Origin: Selenomonadaceae bacterium
GTDB taxonomy: Bacteria > Bacillota > Negativicutes > Selenomonadales > Selenomonadaceae
Assembly: GCA_017475745.1 (NCBI GenBank)
Contig: JAFVEZ010000047.1
Location: 10,125-74,124 of the forward strand
Reading direction: 5' to 3'
DNA length: 64,000 nucleotides
Positions within the stretch are counted from its first letter, which is position 1, and every line of letters starts with the position of its first letter. Positions 1 through 9,735 of the stretch are shown here, piece after piece. A model generated the notes under the pieces. The model ran no database searches and was not told the origin of the DNA. It saw only the letters and a list, made by a program, of their open reading frames with translations. The position numbers were made by a program, and so were the translations under genes.

Positions 1-768
1 GTCAACGATAATCTTATGGAGCTTCTTATAATGGCCGACGCCTGCAAGAGAGCTTCTGCACATTCAATCACCGCCGTTGTCCCTTACTATGCCTATGCAC
101 GTCAAGATCGCAAAACCCGCGGTCGTGAACCTATCAGTGCCAAACTCGTCGCCAATCTTATGGCAGCAGCAGGCATGACACGCGTCATTACAGTTGACCT
201 CCACGCCGGACAAATCCAGGGCTTCTTTGATATTCCTGTCGATCATCTCGCTGCGGCGCCTGTTATTGCCACATACTTCACTCAACAGAAGTATGAAGAT
301 GAAGTCGTTGTCGTCTCGCCTGACCTTGGTGGTGTCACTCGTGCTCGTAAGTTAGCTGACTACCTCAATAGCTCCATAGCGATCATTGAGAAACGTCGTC
401 CGCGTCCTGGTGAAGCTGAAGTTATGAGTATTATCGGTGATGTCAAGAACAAGACCGCCATTATGATTGATGATATTGTCGATACAGCCGGCAGTCTTTG
501 CGAAGGTGCTAAAGCACTTCAGAGACTTGGAGCAAAGAAGGTTATTGCTGCATGTTCTCATGCCGTGTTGAGTGATCCTGCCGTTGAGCGTATCAATAAC
601 TCCAACATTGATGAGCTTGTCATTACCGATACAATACCTCTTCCACCTGAGAAGCAGTCGCCAAAGATTAAAGTACTTTCAATGGCACCTTCTATCGGTG
701 ATGTCATACTTCACATTCAGGCACGTCGTAGCGTCAGTCAGTTGTTCAGAGATTCAGCCTGGAGCTAA
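1..768 (+). CDS. prs: ribose-phosphate pyrophosphokinase (PRPP synthetase), 5'-truncated by window edge
   Basis: The frame is open from base 1. '[10 protein letters not shown]', '[11 protein letters not shown]' and the PRPP-binding loop '[12 protein letters not shown]' are Prs hallmarks. Confidence 0.93.
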   Translation, partial: VNDNLMELLIMADACKRASAHSITAVVPYYAYARQDRKTRGREPISAKLVANLMAAAGMTRVITVDLHAGQIQGFFDIPVDHLAAAPVIATYFTQQKYEDEVVVVSPDLGGVTRARKLADYLNSSIAIIEKRRPRPGEAEVMSIIGDVKNKTAIMIDDIVDTAGSLCEGAKALQRLGAKKVIAACSHAVLSDPAVERINNSNIDELVITDTIPLPPEKQSPKIKVLSMAPSIGDVILHIQARRSVSQLFRDSAWS

Positions 769-792
769 TTAATTGAGATTGGAGAAAAATTT

Positions 793-1293
793 ATGGAGAA
801 ATATATTCTAGCGGTATTGGTTGACAATAAACCGGGAGTCTTGACCCACGTCTCAGGTCTCATTAGCCGCCGCGCCTTCAATATCGAGAGTATCTCCGCC
901 GGTTATACTGAAGAGCCAAGTGTCACGCGAATCAACATAGTCGTCAGCGTCGAAAGTGAAAATGAACTCGATCAAGTTGTCAATCAACTCAGCAAACTTA
1001 TTGATGTCATCAAGATCGTCAACCTCAGCAAGGCGCCCTCTATTGAGCGTGAACTTGTGATGATTAAAGTCAAGGCTTCCAAGGAGACTAGAGCGGATTT
1101 GGTCAATATCGTCAACATCTTCAGAGCTAATATTGTTGACGTGACGAGTGAGAACGTCGTCATTGAGATGACAGGACACCAAGGCAAGATCGATGCGATT
1201 TGTGAGGTTTTGAGTGACTATGAGATCGTCGAGATTGCAAGGACTGGTGCCATTGCTTTATCGCGCGGTCCTGTGCCAGTCAAGAAGATGTAA
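793..1293 (+). CDS. ilvN: acetolactate synthase small (regulatory) subunit-like ACT-domain protein
   Basis: 166 aa. The N-terminal ACT domain 'LAVLVDNKPGVLTHVSGLISRRAFNIESI' plus a C-terminal ALS_ss_C-like half match AHAS small subunits. No large subunit is adjacent. Confidence 0.8.
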   Translation: MEKYILAVLVDNKPGVLTHVSGLISRRAFNIESISAGYTEEPSVTRINIVVSVESENELDQVVNQLSKLIDVIKIVNLSKAPSIERELVMIKVKASKETRADLVNIVNIFRANIVDVTSENVVIEMTGHQGKIDAICEVLSDYEIVEIARTGAIALSRGPVPVKKM

Positions 1294-1320
1294 GTTAAAT
1301 ATAGGAGACGGTTTAAGAGA

Positions 1321-2853
1321 ATGAGCAAGAAACCATTTTACATTACAACGCCGATTTACTATCCCAGTGCCAAACTCCATATCGGACATGCTTACTGCAC
1401 GACTATTGCCGATGCCATTGCAAGATACAAGCGCCTTGCAGGGTATGATGTCTTCTTCCTCACGGGTTCCGACGAACACGGACAGAAGATTCAACGCACC
1501 GCCGAAGCTGAGGGTGTCACGCCGCTTGAATACGTAGACAGGATTGTTGCAGGCTTCCAAGAACTTTGGCATCAACTCAATATCTCCAATGATGACTTCC
1601 TCCGCACGAGTGAGCTGCGCCATCAGAAAGTTGTACAAGAGTTTTTCCGTCGTATTCGTGATAGAGGTGACATCTACAAGGGCGAGTATACGGGACTTTA
1701 CTGCACACAATGTGAGAGCTATTGGACTGAACTGCAACTTGACGAACACGGTTGCGGTCCAGATTGTCACCGCCCAATAGAGAAGGTCTCTGAAGAAGCT
1801 TACTTCTTCAAAATGAGTAAGTATGCTGACAAAATCCTTAAGCATATTGAGGACAACCCTGAGTTCATTGTGCCAACCTCGCGCCGCAATGAGATGATAA
1901 ACTTCATTAAGCAGGGTTTGGAGGACTTGTGTGTATCGAGAACTTCATTTGATTGGGGTATTCCTGTACCAGATGACGAAAAGCATGTCATCTATGTTTG
2001 GTTTGATGCCGTAATTAACTATATCACGCCGCTCTTCAAAGATGAAGAGACTTTTAAAAAATTCTGGCCGGCTGATATTCACCTTGTTGGCAAGGAGATA
2101 GTCCGATTCCATTCGATAATCTGGCCGTGTATGTTGATGGCAATGGATTTGCCGCTTCCAAAACAGATTTACGGTCATGGCTGGTTGATTGTCGAAGGTG
2201 ACAAGATGTCTAAATCTAAAGGCAATGTCGTCGATCCTATGCTCTTGATAGAAGAGTTCGGCGCAGACGCAATCAGATACTTCTTGCTTCGTGAGATCAC
2301 CCTTGGACAAGATGGCGGTTTCAGTCGAGATGCACTCATCAATAGAATCAATGCAGATCTGGCCAACGATCTCGGCAATCTCCTACACAGAACCCTTAAC
2401 ATGATTAATAAATTCCAAAGTGGAGTAGTCCTTGAGACTGTCGGCGAGAGTGAGATTGATAAGTCCTTCAAGGCAGACGCAATGCAAACTGTCGCCGAAT
2501 ATAAGAAGCTTATGGACAATATCCAGCTCTCTGAAGCAATCAAGAAGACGTGGGCCTTCGTCAGCCGCGCTAATAAATACATTGATGAGACTATGCCTTG
2601 GAAACTAGCCAAAGAAGAAGAGCAGAAGCAAACTCTTGCAAATACTCTTTACAATCTCGTTGAATCACTGAGGATTATAAGCATACTTATTGCACCATTC
2701 ATGCCGACAACTGCTCAAAAGATATATGGGCAGCTCAATCTTGACAACTTCGCTGAGATTCAAATAGAAGATGTTGATAAATTTGGTCTGTTCCCGGTAG
2801 ATCACAAAATAAACAAACCGCAGCAGCTCTTTCCGCGCATTGAAGTTAAATGA
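1321..2853 (+). CDS. metG: methionine--tRNA ligase (short form without C-terminal tRNA-binding domain)
   Basis: Class I signatures 'HIGHAY' and 'KMSKSKGN' are present, with the Zn knuckle 'CTQCESYW...CGPDCHRP'. 510 aa. Confidence 0.95.
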   Translation: MSKKPFYITTPIYYPSAKLHIGHAYCTTIADAIARYKRLAGYDVFFLTGSDEHGQKIQRTAEAEGVTPLEYVDRIVAGFQELWHQLNISNDDFLRTSELRHQKVVQEFFRRIRDRGDIYKGEYTGLYCTQCESYWTELQLDEHGCGPDCHRPIEKVSEEAYFFKMSKYADKILKHIEDNPEFIVPTSRRNEMINFIKQGLEDLCVSRTSFDWGIPVPDDEKHVIYVWFDAVINYITPLFKDEETFKKFWPADIHLVGKEIVRFHSIIWPCMLMAMDLPLPKQIYGHGWLIVEGDKMSKSKGNVVDPMLLIEEFGADAIRYFLLREITLGQDGGFSRDALINRINADLANDLGNLLHRTLNMINKFQSGVVLETVGESEIDKSFKADAMQTVAEYKKLMDNIQLSEAIKKTWAFVSRANKYIDETMPWKLAKEEEQKQTLANTLYNLVESLRIISILIAPFMPTTAQKIYGQLNLDNFAEIQIEDVDKFGLFPVDHKINKPQQLFPRIEVK

Positions 2854-2881
2854 ACTTTTGTGAAGAACTTGCGGTCGTGGA

Positions 2882-3610
2882 GTGATTGAAATCAAAATTG
2901 AAGCTAAAAACCTAGTCAAAGCCTTCAAGAAACGCACAGTTGTCGATCATGTGTCGTTGAGTGTCGAGAAGGGTGAAATTGTCGGCTTGTTGGGTCCTAA
3001 TGGCGCCGGAAAGACGACTTCCTTTTACATGATTGTCGGTCTTGAGAAGCCGGACGAGGGTGATGTCTTGCTCTCTGACATCAATATAACTCACTTTGCC
3101 ATGTATAAACGTGCTAAACTCGGAATCAGCTATCTCACACAGGAGGCGTCTATATTTCGCAAACTGACTGTGGTTGAAAATATTATGGCAATCCTTGAGA
3201 CCACCAAGCTCAATGCAGAGGAACGTAAGGCAAAGTTAGAAAATCTCATTGATGAGTTCAATATTCGTCATGTTAAGGATCGCAAAGGCACAGAGCTTTC
3301 CGGCGGTGAGCGGCGCAGGGTTGAGATTGCCCGCTGTTTGGCTTTGGAACCTCAGTTTATTCTGCTTGACGAGCCTTTTGCTGGCGTCGACCCGCTTGCC
3401 GTCGCGGATATACAACACATAATACAGTATCTTCAACATCGCGGTATGGGTATACTCATAACCGATCACAATGTTCGTGAGACACTGCACATTGTCGATC
3501 GTGCTTATATCCTCAATGAAGGTAAAATTCTGCTTGAGGGTGATGCCGAAGAGATTGCCAATAGTCCGATTGCAAAGAAGTTCTACCTTGGCGACAACTT
3601 TACACTCTAA
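2882..3610 (+). CDS. lptB: LPS export ABC transporter ATP-binding protein
   Basis: GTG start. Walker A 'GPNGAGKTT' and signature 'LSGGERRR' are present. 'FAGVDP' and '[10 protein letters not shown]' are typical of LptB rather than generic ABC ATPases. Confidence 0.88.
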   Translation: MIEIKIEAKNLVKAFKKRTVVDHVSLSVEKGEIVGLLGPNGAGKTTSFYMIVGLEKPDEGDVLLSDINITHFAMYKRAKLGISYLTQEASIFRKLTVVENIMAILETTKLNAEERKAKLENLIDEFNIRHVKDRKGTELSGGERRRVEIARCLALEPQFILLDEPFAGVDPLAVADIQHIIQYLQHRGMGILITDHNVRETLHIVDRAYILNEGKILLEGDAEEIANSPIAKKFYLGDNFTL

Positions 3611-3632
3611 TAGTGATAGTGGTTAAAAATAA

Positions 3633-3663
3633 AGCCTGTTGGTAAAAATACAGGCTATTTTTA
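3633..3663. terminator. bidirectional intrinsic terminator between convergent lptB and gdpP
   Basis: Stem AGCCTGT/ACAGGCT with a 10-nt loop. It is followed by ATTTTTAT on the plus strand and is A-rich on its 5' side. Confidence 0.6.
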
Positions 3664-3696
3664 TGCCCATTGACTTTCATCAATATGATGATAAAA

Positions 3697-5712
3697 TTAT
3701 TGCTTGTCCTCACTATCGGCTTCGGCTATATACGTCTTACTTATCTCAACAATTTGTGCCTTGATTTCCATTAGATCGCCATTTTTGACTTGAGCGCCTG
3801 CTACATTCTGATGACCGCCACCACCGAATTTTTCCATAATGACCTGGACATTGAGTTCACCTGTCGACCTTGCACTGATTCCCACGGTATCGGGCTTAAG
3901 TTGGAAGCAGACTATACTCATTCGGACACTTTCAATCTTTAAAAGTCCGTCGGCAGCTTGAGCGGCAATGACTTGTACATTTGGCATGACCTTATCAATA
4001 TAGGAGATAACCAGACCGCCCTCATAGTATTCCGATCGAGCTTCTGCCTGGGCGAGAGCAACAGTCGTTTCATAGTCGGATTTAAAGAGGTCGCGGACAA
4101 TTACAGGATCAGCTCCACTTCGTCTCAGATAAGAAGCAGCATCAAAAGTACGGGCACCTGTCTGTATTGCAAAGTGCTTGGTATCGACAACTATTCCCGA
4201 ATAAATAGCCGTAGCGTCCAGTTTGGAGATTGGCACGTCATCATCAAAATACATTAACAGTTCCGTCACTAACTCACAAGTAGAGCTTGAGGAAGGCTCA
4301 AGATAGACCATTAACGGATTCTTAACAAAGTTCTCACTGCGCCTGTGATGATCAATGACAATTACATGACTTATTCTCTCCAAGAGTTGTGGTGCGGCTG
4401 TCAAATATGGAATGTGAGTATCAACAACAAAGAGCAGCGGTGCTATAAAGGAACTTGTAGTGACATCTGACGCTTTTACGAAAATATCCTTGTATTCTGG
4501 CTTGTTTTCCATAATCTCAACAAGCTTGTCAATACCTTCGTTCATATCACTGAGAATGATGTGAAACGGCTTGTTCATTTTTCTTGCCATTACAGAGACG
4601 CCCACTGCTGCGCCGAAGCAGTCAAAGTCTTCATTGCGATGACCCATTATAAAAATCTCGTCTGCATTGTCCATGGCATCTTTGATAGCATGTGCTACGA
4701 CGCGGGCCTTTACTCTAGTGTGCTTCTCAACCGCCTTTGCGCGACCACCAAAGAATAGTGATTTACCGTCGATCTTGATTGCTACTTGATCGCCACCGCG
4801 TCCGAGTGCCAAGTCCAGTCCTGCTTGAGCTTCGCTGCCAAGTTCAGTCAATGAGAGTTCAGTTGACGGCTTATCGGCAATGGCAACACCCATTGAGAGT
4901 GTAACGGGTATTTTATTCTTGCCAGAAAGTTGACGCATCTTGTCAAGGACATCAAACTTCTCTGCAATAGCCTTGTCGAGTTGCCGACGCTCCAGAATGA
5001 CTATATAACTGTCTTCCGAGATTTTCCGCATGAGACCAGACAGAGAGTTGATCCAATTATCCAACACCTCGTTGATTGACAACATCAATGAGGTTTTTTC
5101 TGCTTCGGTTAAACCCTGCTTAATCTCGTCATAGTTGTCAATTTGAACATAGATTATCACCGTTCGACTGTTAGCATATTCGATTTTGAGTTTTTCGTGT
5201 GAAGTGATTTCTTGAATATAAAGTGCAGCAAGCGGTACCTGTTCTTCTTTGGGTTTTAAGAGTTTATGTCGAACTTTAAAGAATCTGTCTCCGCTTGAGA
5301 AGGTATATTCACCATCACCGTCAAAGACTTTTTCCGAAAACATACCAGACCAAAATTCCTCAACGAGCATGCCAACTTCAGGTGTTTTCTCGGAATATTC
5401 GTGAGTCCGTTTATTACACCATTCCAAATGACCGTCTTTGTTGACGATCAAAATCGCCTGCGGAAGATACTTTAATGCAAAGAGTACAGTTTCATTGAAA
5501 CTACCTACAACATTCTTACAATAATTGTAAAATTCTTTAGCTCTAACTCTACATCTTTCGCGAGCAAACATAGCCAAGAATACCCACAATGTAAATGCAG
5601 CCAAGGCTAGTATGCGATTGTATTGAGACAACAAACTGATTAAAACCAGCATGACTACAAGGTGGATTATCAAATCAAGCCAAGCAGAAAGATTTCTCGG
5701 CAATAAAATCAC
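3697..5712 (-). CDS. gdpP: cyclic-di-AMP phosphodiesterase GdpP (membrane-anchored PAS / degenerate GGDEF / DHH-DHHA1)
   Basis: Two N-terminal TM helices, 'VIDHHRR' (DHH) and 'GGGGH' (DHHA1). It lies immediately downstream of yybS, as in Bacillus. Confidence 0.9.
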   Translation of the reverse strand: MILLPRNLSAWLDLIIHLVVMLVLISLLSQYNRILALAAFTLWVFLAMFARERCRVRAKEFYNYCKNVVGSFNETVLFALKYLPQAILIVNKDGHLEWCNKRTHEYSEKTPEVGMLVEEFWSGMFSEKVFDGDGEYTFSSGDRFFKVRHKLLKPKEEQVPLAALYIQEITSHEKLKIEYANSRTVIIYVQIDNYDEIKQGLTEAEKTSLMLSINEVLDNWINSLSGLMRKISEDSYIVILERRQLDKAIAEKFDVLDKMRQLSGKNKIPVTLSMGVAIADKPSTELSLTELGSEAQAGLDLALGRGGDQVAIKIDGKSLFFGGRAKAVEKHTRVKARVVAHAIKDAMDNADEIFIMGHRNEDFDCFGAAVGVSVMARKMNKPFHIILSDMNEGIDKLVEIMENKPEYKDIFVKASDVTTSSFIAPLLFVVDTHIPYLTAAPQLLERISHVIVIDHHRRSENFVKNPLMVYLEPSSSSTCELVTELLMYFDDDVPISKLDATAIYSGIVVDTKHFAIQTGARTFDAASYLRRSGADPVIVRDLFKSDYETTVALAQAEARSEYYEGGLVISYIDKVMPNVQVIAAQAADGLLKIESVRMSIVCFQLKPDTVGISARSTGELNVQVIMEKFGGGGHQNVAGAQVKNGDLMEIKAQIVEISKTYIAEADSEDKQ

Positions 5713-5743
5713 TTCCTTAAACCAAAGCTTAACCGATTACAAA

Positions 5744-6721
5744 TTATTTAAAACGGCTTCGATAATCAAAGAACATATCAAACAAGCCAGTAAATGCAAC
5801 AATTTGAAAGAGCATGAAATTTAAAATTACAATCAAGAGTAATAAGCGGCGAATGAGTTTAGAAACCTTAAAACGATCGGCAACAAAACTCAAGACCGAC
5901 AGACCTTGGATAAATCCTACAAGTAGAGCTAAAATATTGGCATTTACTGAGACAGTGTATAGAAGTCTTAAATCTCTTGTCTCGCCCCAATACAGTCCCA
6001 AAAGTGCCAATACCATTAAATACGCAAAAACCGATGGAAAGCTCCATTGAGAGAAAGGCGGCATTTCAGGCACATATAGACCAATCTTTGGAAATATCCA
6101 CTTTGCCACGTAGAAACAAATTACAGTGTTGATGAGTGCCATTAGTAATAGCAAGGTTGGTATGAGCATGCTTAAAAGCGCGATTGCCGGTTCAACCTGC
6201 GACTTTGCCTGATCAATTTGAGCTTGGTCAACACCTAGAGATTCATACATCGCAAAAGTCTGCTCGAAAGATTCCTTGACCATAGCGATTTGAGTGTCAA
6301 GAAAATCTATATCCATTACAAAGAGCAGTAACATAATCGCAACAATCTGAGCTGCAAATGAAACCATCAAAGTTATCATAAATATTTTAATGGCACTAAA
6401 GTTCTTTTGAATGGCAAAGCCAAGCGCCAATCCTGTCAAACCATAAGAAAGAGTCAATCTAATGGTGAGTATCGGTCCGATAAACAATGACAACAAAAGT
6501 GTAGCTGCCATGAGGGCATAAGCTGCCTTTTGAGCGCCCAGTCTCACGGACAACACGGCAAACGGTAACGCCCAAAAGAAGTCAACGAACATTCCTATGA
6601 CAGGCACATATGTTGAAATTAATCCTAAGATGACGGCAATGGCAATTACTAGACCGCCTTCGACCGTCGGAGTTATTTTACTTCTCATTATAACACTCTC
6701 AAGATAAATATTGATAGACAT
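5744..6721 (-). CDS. yybS: YybS-like polytopic membrane protein (DUF2232)
   Basis: Hydrophobic helices run along the whole length and the yybS-gdpP pairing is conserved. The likely true start is the ATG at 6688 (MRSKITP...). Confidence 0.75.
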   Translation of the reverse strand: MSINIYLESVIMRSKITPTVEGGLVIAIAVILGLISTYVPVIGMFVDFFWALPFAVLSVRLGAQKAAYALMAATLLLSLFIGPILTIRLTLSYGLTGLALGFAIQKNFSAIKIFMITLMVSFAAQIVAIMLLLFVMDIDFLDTQIAMVKESFEQTFAMYESLGVDQAQIDQAKSQVEPAIALLSMLIPTLLLLMALINTVICFYVAKWIFPKIGLYVPEMPPFSQWSFPSVFAYLMVLALLGLYWGETRDLRLLYTVSVNANILALLVGFIQGLSVLSFVADRFKVSKLIRRLLLLIVILNFMLFQIVAFTGLFDMFFDYRSRFK

Positions 6722-6786
6722 GTGACAAAAATCACTAAAGTATTTGGTAAATGTGATATAATATCATTAAAAAATGGAGTGATTAT

Positions 6787-7629
6787 ATGTCAATGCCAAG
6801 AATTGGTCATATCAATTTTCTAAATGTGTTGCCTTTGACTTACAGCTATAAACATGGTTACTCGGAAGGAATGTCGTTGACTTACGCTGTGCCTTCCAAG
6901 CTGAACAGTGATATTAAAAACGCTAACCTTGATATTAGTCCGATCTCCTCTATCGAATATGCCAGACAGAGCAAAAATCTTCTACTCTTGCCAAATATCT
7001 GTATTCGTGCAGATTGTGATGTTCAGAGTATCGTCTTAGTCTCAAAGAAACCAATAGAACGGATAAACAGCGATAAAATTACCTTGACTTCAAAATCGGC
7101 AACCTCACATTGTCTCTTGAAGATCATTATGACAGAAGGTTATGGAGCAAGACCGACATATGAGGTAGCAAATATAAGCGCCGAAAATCCTATTCTCGCT
7201 GATACTACAGCTTCACTCTTGATAGGTGACGATGCTCTCTACAATTATTTAAACACACCCAAAAATTTATATTGCTACGACATTGGCAAAGAATGGCACA
7301 AATTAACGAGACACTCAATGGTGTATGCTGTTTGGGTTGTTAGAAAGGAATTTGCTAATGAGTCGCCGGAACTTGTAAAAAATGCCTATAATAAAATCAT
7401 TTCAGGAATGCAAAGTGGTATTAAAAACAAAAATCTTGCCATTAAATCTGTACTTCAAGAGAAGCCATTTACTTACGAGATTTTGGATCAATATTTGGGT
7501 GGAATAATTAAATGGGATCTACCCAAAGAAGCGATTGATTCCCTAATGATTTACTATCAATCTGCCTATAAATTACACTTAATTGACAGTGTGCCTGAAA
7601 TTGAATTTGTTGATATTGCATCAATTTAA
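6787..7629 (+). CDS. mqnA: chorismate dehydratase MqnA-like (futalosine menaquinone pathway)
   Basis: The N-terminus 'IGHINFLNVLPL' and the overall 280-aa layout match the MqnA/DUF178 family. Confidence 0.7.
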   Translation: MSMPRIGHINFLNVLPLTYSYKHGYSEGMSLTYAVPSKLNSDIKNANLDISPISSIEYARQSKNLLLLPNICIRADCDVQSIVLVSKKPIERINSDKITLTSKSATSHCLLKIIMTEGYGARPTYEVANISAENPILADTTASLLIGDDALYNYLNTPKNLYCYDIGKEWHKLTRHSMVYAVWVVRKEFANESPELVKNAYNKIISGMQSGIKNKNLAIKSVLQEKPFTYEILDQYLGGIIKWDLPKEAIDSLMIYYQSAYKLHLIDSVPEIEFVDIASI

Positions 7630-9099
7630 AGCAATGCGAGCATACTCATCAAGCATATCAATAAAAGTCATATGATTACGCTTGCTGGCTTTACTTGTGC
7701 CAATTTCAGATAAAACACCGTTGTAAATGTAAGACTCTACGCTACCAGGAATGAGATTTTCCCAATTTTTATACTCATAAGGTCTTTCGGATACTGCATT
7801 TTGCGGACGACCAATCACTTCCAATTCGCACAAAAATTGAATTTGCTTGGTCTTTGGTCTGATATAGTAGTGCTCAAGGAAATATTTCCTTGACCGAAGT
7901 ACCTTTTTATCAACTTCAGCATAATCAATTCCTTTTTCAGCAGCGTCGGCAATCTCGTTTTCTCCAGAATTAAGATATTGATATAAATTGTCGCCAGACG
8001 TATTAGGAGATTTTTCGATCATTCTAATCCAAACATCAGCCATATATTCGCTTGTTGAATAAGGCATACTGATCCACCGAACTGCACTTCGATCCAAATA
8101 ATATTCGTACGTTTCGTCACTCAACAGCTTAACAAAACGTGCTTTTTGTTTTTTGAGTTTCTTGTCATTTTCAGTTGTGCTGCTCTTTTTTGTCGTTCCT
8201 TCAGTATATGGATTTGATGTATCACCACTCGTTGTAACAGGCGTTGTGACATTTGTTGTATAGCCATTTTCACCTTCGCTGACTCCGTTGTTATATGGAT
8301 CATTAGTGCCAAGTTCACCGCCAGAACCGCTCGTTGTATTCCCAAAAGGAACTTCAGTTACATTTCCAGTTTCACCAGTTGAAATATTTCCACCTTCATT
8401 GAGACTCTCATTTCCGGTGTAATTGATATTCTCTTCAAAAGGCGGATTGTCGACAGGAGTCTCACTGCTAAAAGGATCAACTTCTACTTCCGGTTTTATT
8501 TCTTCTACAGGTGTTTCTATCGACGGATTGTCATTGTAGTTGCCGTTATAACTACTATCACCATTGCCATCATCAGTGGTGCCAACATTACCAGTATTGT
8601 CAGAGGTATTTAAATTTTCAACTTCAATCTCAGGTTTAAAATCCTCTACAGGTGTTTCTACAGGCTGATTTTCATTGTAATCACCGTTATCGCTACTATC
8701 ACCAACATTGCCTTTATTGGCATCATTAAAATTATTAGTACTGTCAGAGGTATTTAAATTCTCAACTTCAACTTCGGGTTTTATTTCTTCGATAGGCTCT
8801 TGAACTTCTGGCTGGTTTACATTTTCAACTGGAATATCCTCTGGCGGCTCAGTTTGAGTCTCTTCTGGAACTTCAGTGGTATTTTCGCTCTCATTGATTT
8901 GTTCTTCTGGAGTTTCGACAATAGTATTGCCCTCATCTATTGGTACATCATTATCAGTAGAAACTGTTTCAGCTTTAGGTTCAAATTCGTCACCGTAAAC
9001 AACTATATCATCATCTTCAGCAGAAACTAAAGGCAATGTAAAGAACATGGACATGACCGTCATTCCAATAATATATTTTTTCCATCTCATTTTACTCAC
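7621..9099 (-). CDS. secreted acidic tandem-repeat protein with an unassigned C-terminal domain
   Basis: The signal peptide is 'MTVMSMFFTLPLVSA|EDDD'. A D/E/N/T-rich region carries 2.5 copies of a unit of about 46 aa ('E(I/F)KPE(V/I)EVENLNTSD...'). The C-terminal 170 aa or so are non-repetitive and aromatic-rich. Confidence 0.7.
   Translation of the reverse strand: MSKMRWKKYIIGMTVMSMFFTLPLVSAEDDDIVVYGDEFEPKAETVSTDNDVPIDEGNTIVETPEEQINESENTTEVPEETQTEPPEDIPVENVNQPEVQEPIEEIKPEVEVENLNTSDSTNNFNDANKGNVGDSSDNGDYNENQPVETPVEDFKPEIEVENLNTSDNTGNVGTTDDGNGDSSYNGNYNDNPSIETPVEEIKPEVEVDPFSSETPVDNPPFEENINYTGNESLNEGGNISTGETGNVTEVPFGNTTSGSGGELGTNDPYNNGVSEGENGYTTNVTTPVTTSGDTSNPYTEGTTKKSSTTENDKKLKKQKARFVKLLSDETYEYYLDRSAVRWISMPYSTSEYMADVWIRMIEKSPNTSGDNLYQYLNSGENEIADAAEKGIDYAEVDKKVLRSRKYFLEHYYIRPKTKQIQFLCELEVIGRPQNAVSERPYEYKNWENLIPGSVESYIYNGVLSEIGTSKASKRNHMTFIDMLDEYARIALN
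8470..8799 (-). repeat. in-frame tandem repeat (about 140 nt unit, about 2.5 copies) inside the acidic secreted protein gene
   Basis: The DNA blocks '...ggttttatttcttc(t/g)a(c/t)agg...' recur near 8500, 8635 and 8775. They correspond to the peptide repeats. Confidence 0.7.
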
Positions 9100-9168
9100 T
9101 CCAATTACCGCAGTAAGCTCTCGCCTTTAGCTGTGAGCAGTCAATTAATAATATAAAAACCATAAAGA

Positions 9169-9226
9169 GTGGACGATCCTGACAAATTTTCAAATTGATA
9201 AATATTTGTCATTTAAGATCATCCAC
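9169..9226 (-). terminator. long imperfect hairpin downstream of the 94-aa gene (probable terminator)
   Basis: The arm GTGGACGATCCTGACAAAT pairs with ATTTGTCA..GATCATCCAC. On the minus strand the hairpin is followed by 'ctctttatggttttt'. Confidence 0.45.
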
Positions 9227-9259
9227 TTTTACATATGCCTTTTTAATAATTGCAAATTG

Positions 9260-9544
9260 TCATTTTTTCGTGACGACTTTGTTGATTGCCTGCTTAACGG
9301 CTTTTCCTGCATTATCGACCACAGCTTCTTTAACTGCCTTGCCCGCAACAACTTCAGACAATATACCAACGAGTGCAGAACTCACAACACCAAGTACATC
9401 TTTAAGAAGTGCATTGTAGAGATCGCCGCCGTCTGTTACACCGCGACCATTAGCTGTGATAAAAAATTTTTTAGGGTGCTCTGAATTTTTCAGTGCCTCT
9501 TCAATTTTATCTTTTATGAGTTTTTCAAGCTGTTCGCTGCCCAT
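9260..9544 (-). CDS. small (94 aa) hypothetical protein with a central hydrophobic helix and a Lys-rich amphipathic tail
   Basis: The RBS GGGAGAG lies 9 nt upstream of the ATG and a terminator-like hairpin lies downstream. I recognise no family. Confidence 0.55.
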   Translation of the reverse strand: MGSEQLEKLIKDKIEEALKNSEHPKKFFITANGRGVTDGGDLYNALLKDVLGVVSSALVGILSEVVAGKAVKEAVVDNAGKAVKQAINKVVTKK

Positions 9545-9735
9545 TTATAGTCACTCTCCCAAAGTAAAAATTTTTTATATCGTAATTTTCTACAATGATT
9601 ACAAAAAATCCTGCCCTGCCTGCCGAAAATTTTTAATCTTGAATGACAAAATTTTAATGTCACTCTAACCATATTCCAAGAATTATTCGTTATACTCAAC
9701 AAGAACTAAAGGGAACCCAACTAAAAAGTAAAGGA

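Noticed and set aside
1258-1845. Long antisense or alternate-frame ORFs in the supplied track. Examples: 1258-1845(-), 15912-16559(-), 20882-21376(-), 48069-48734(-), 49890-50432(-), 50745-51302(-), 52903-53664(-) and 17834-18322(-).
   Set aside because: Each lies entirely within, and opposite to or out of frame with, a gene whose translation carries unambiguous family motifs (metG, ileS, bioA, fumB/sdhC, sdhA, sdhB, proA). Their translations are low-complexity with no motifs or RBS.
8470-8799. A CRISPR-like or non-coding repeat array.
   Set aside because: The repeats are in frame within a long ORF and are translated into peptide repeats. There are no unique spacers of uniform length and no cas genes.
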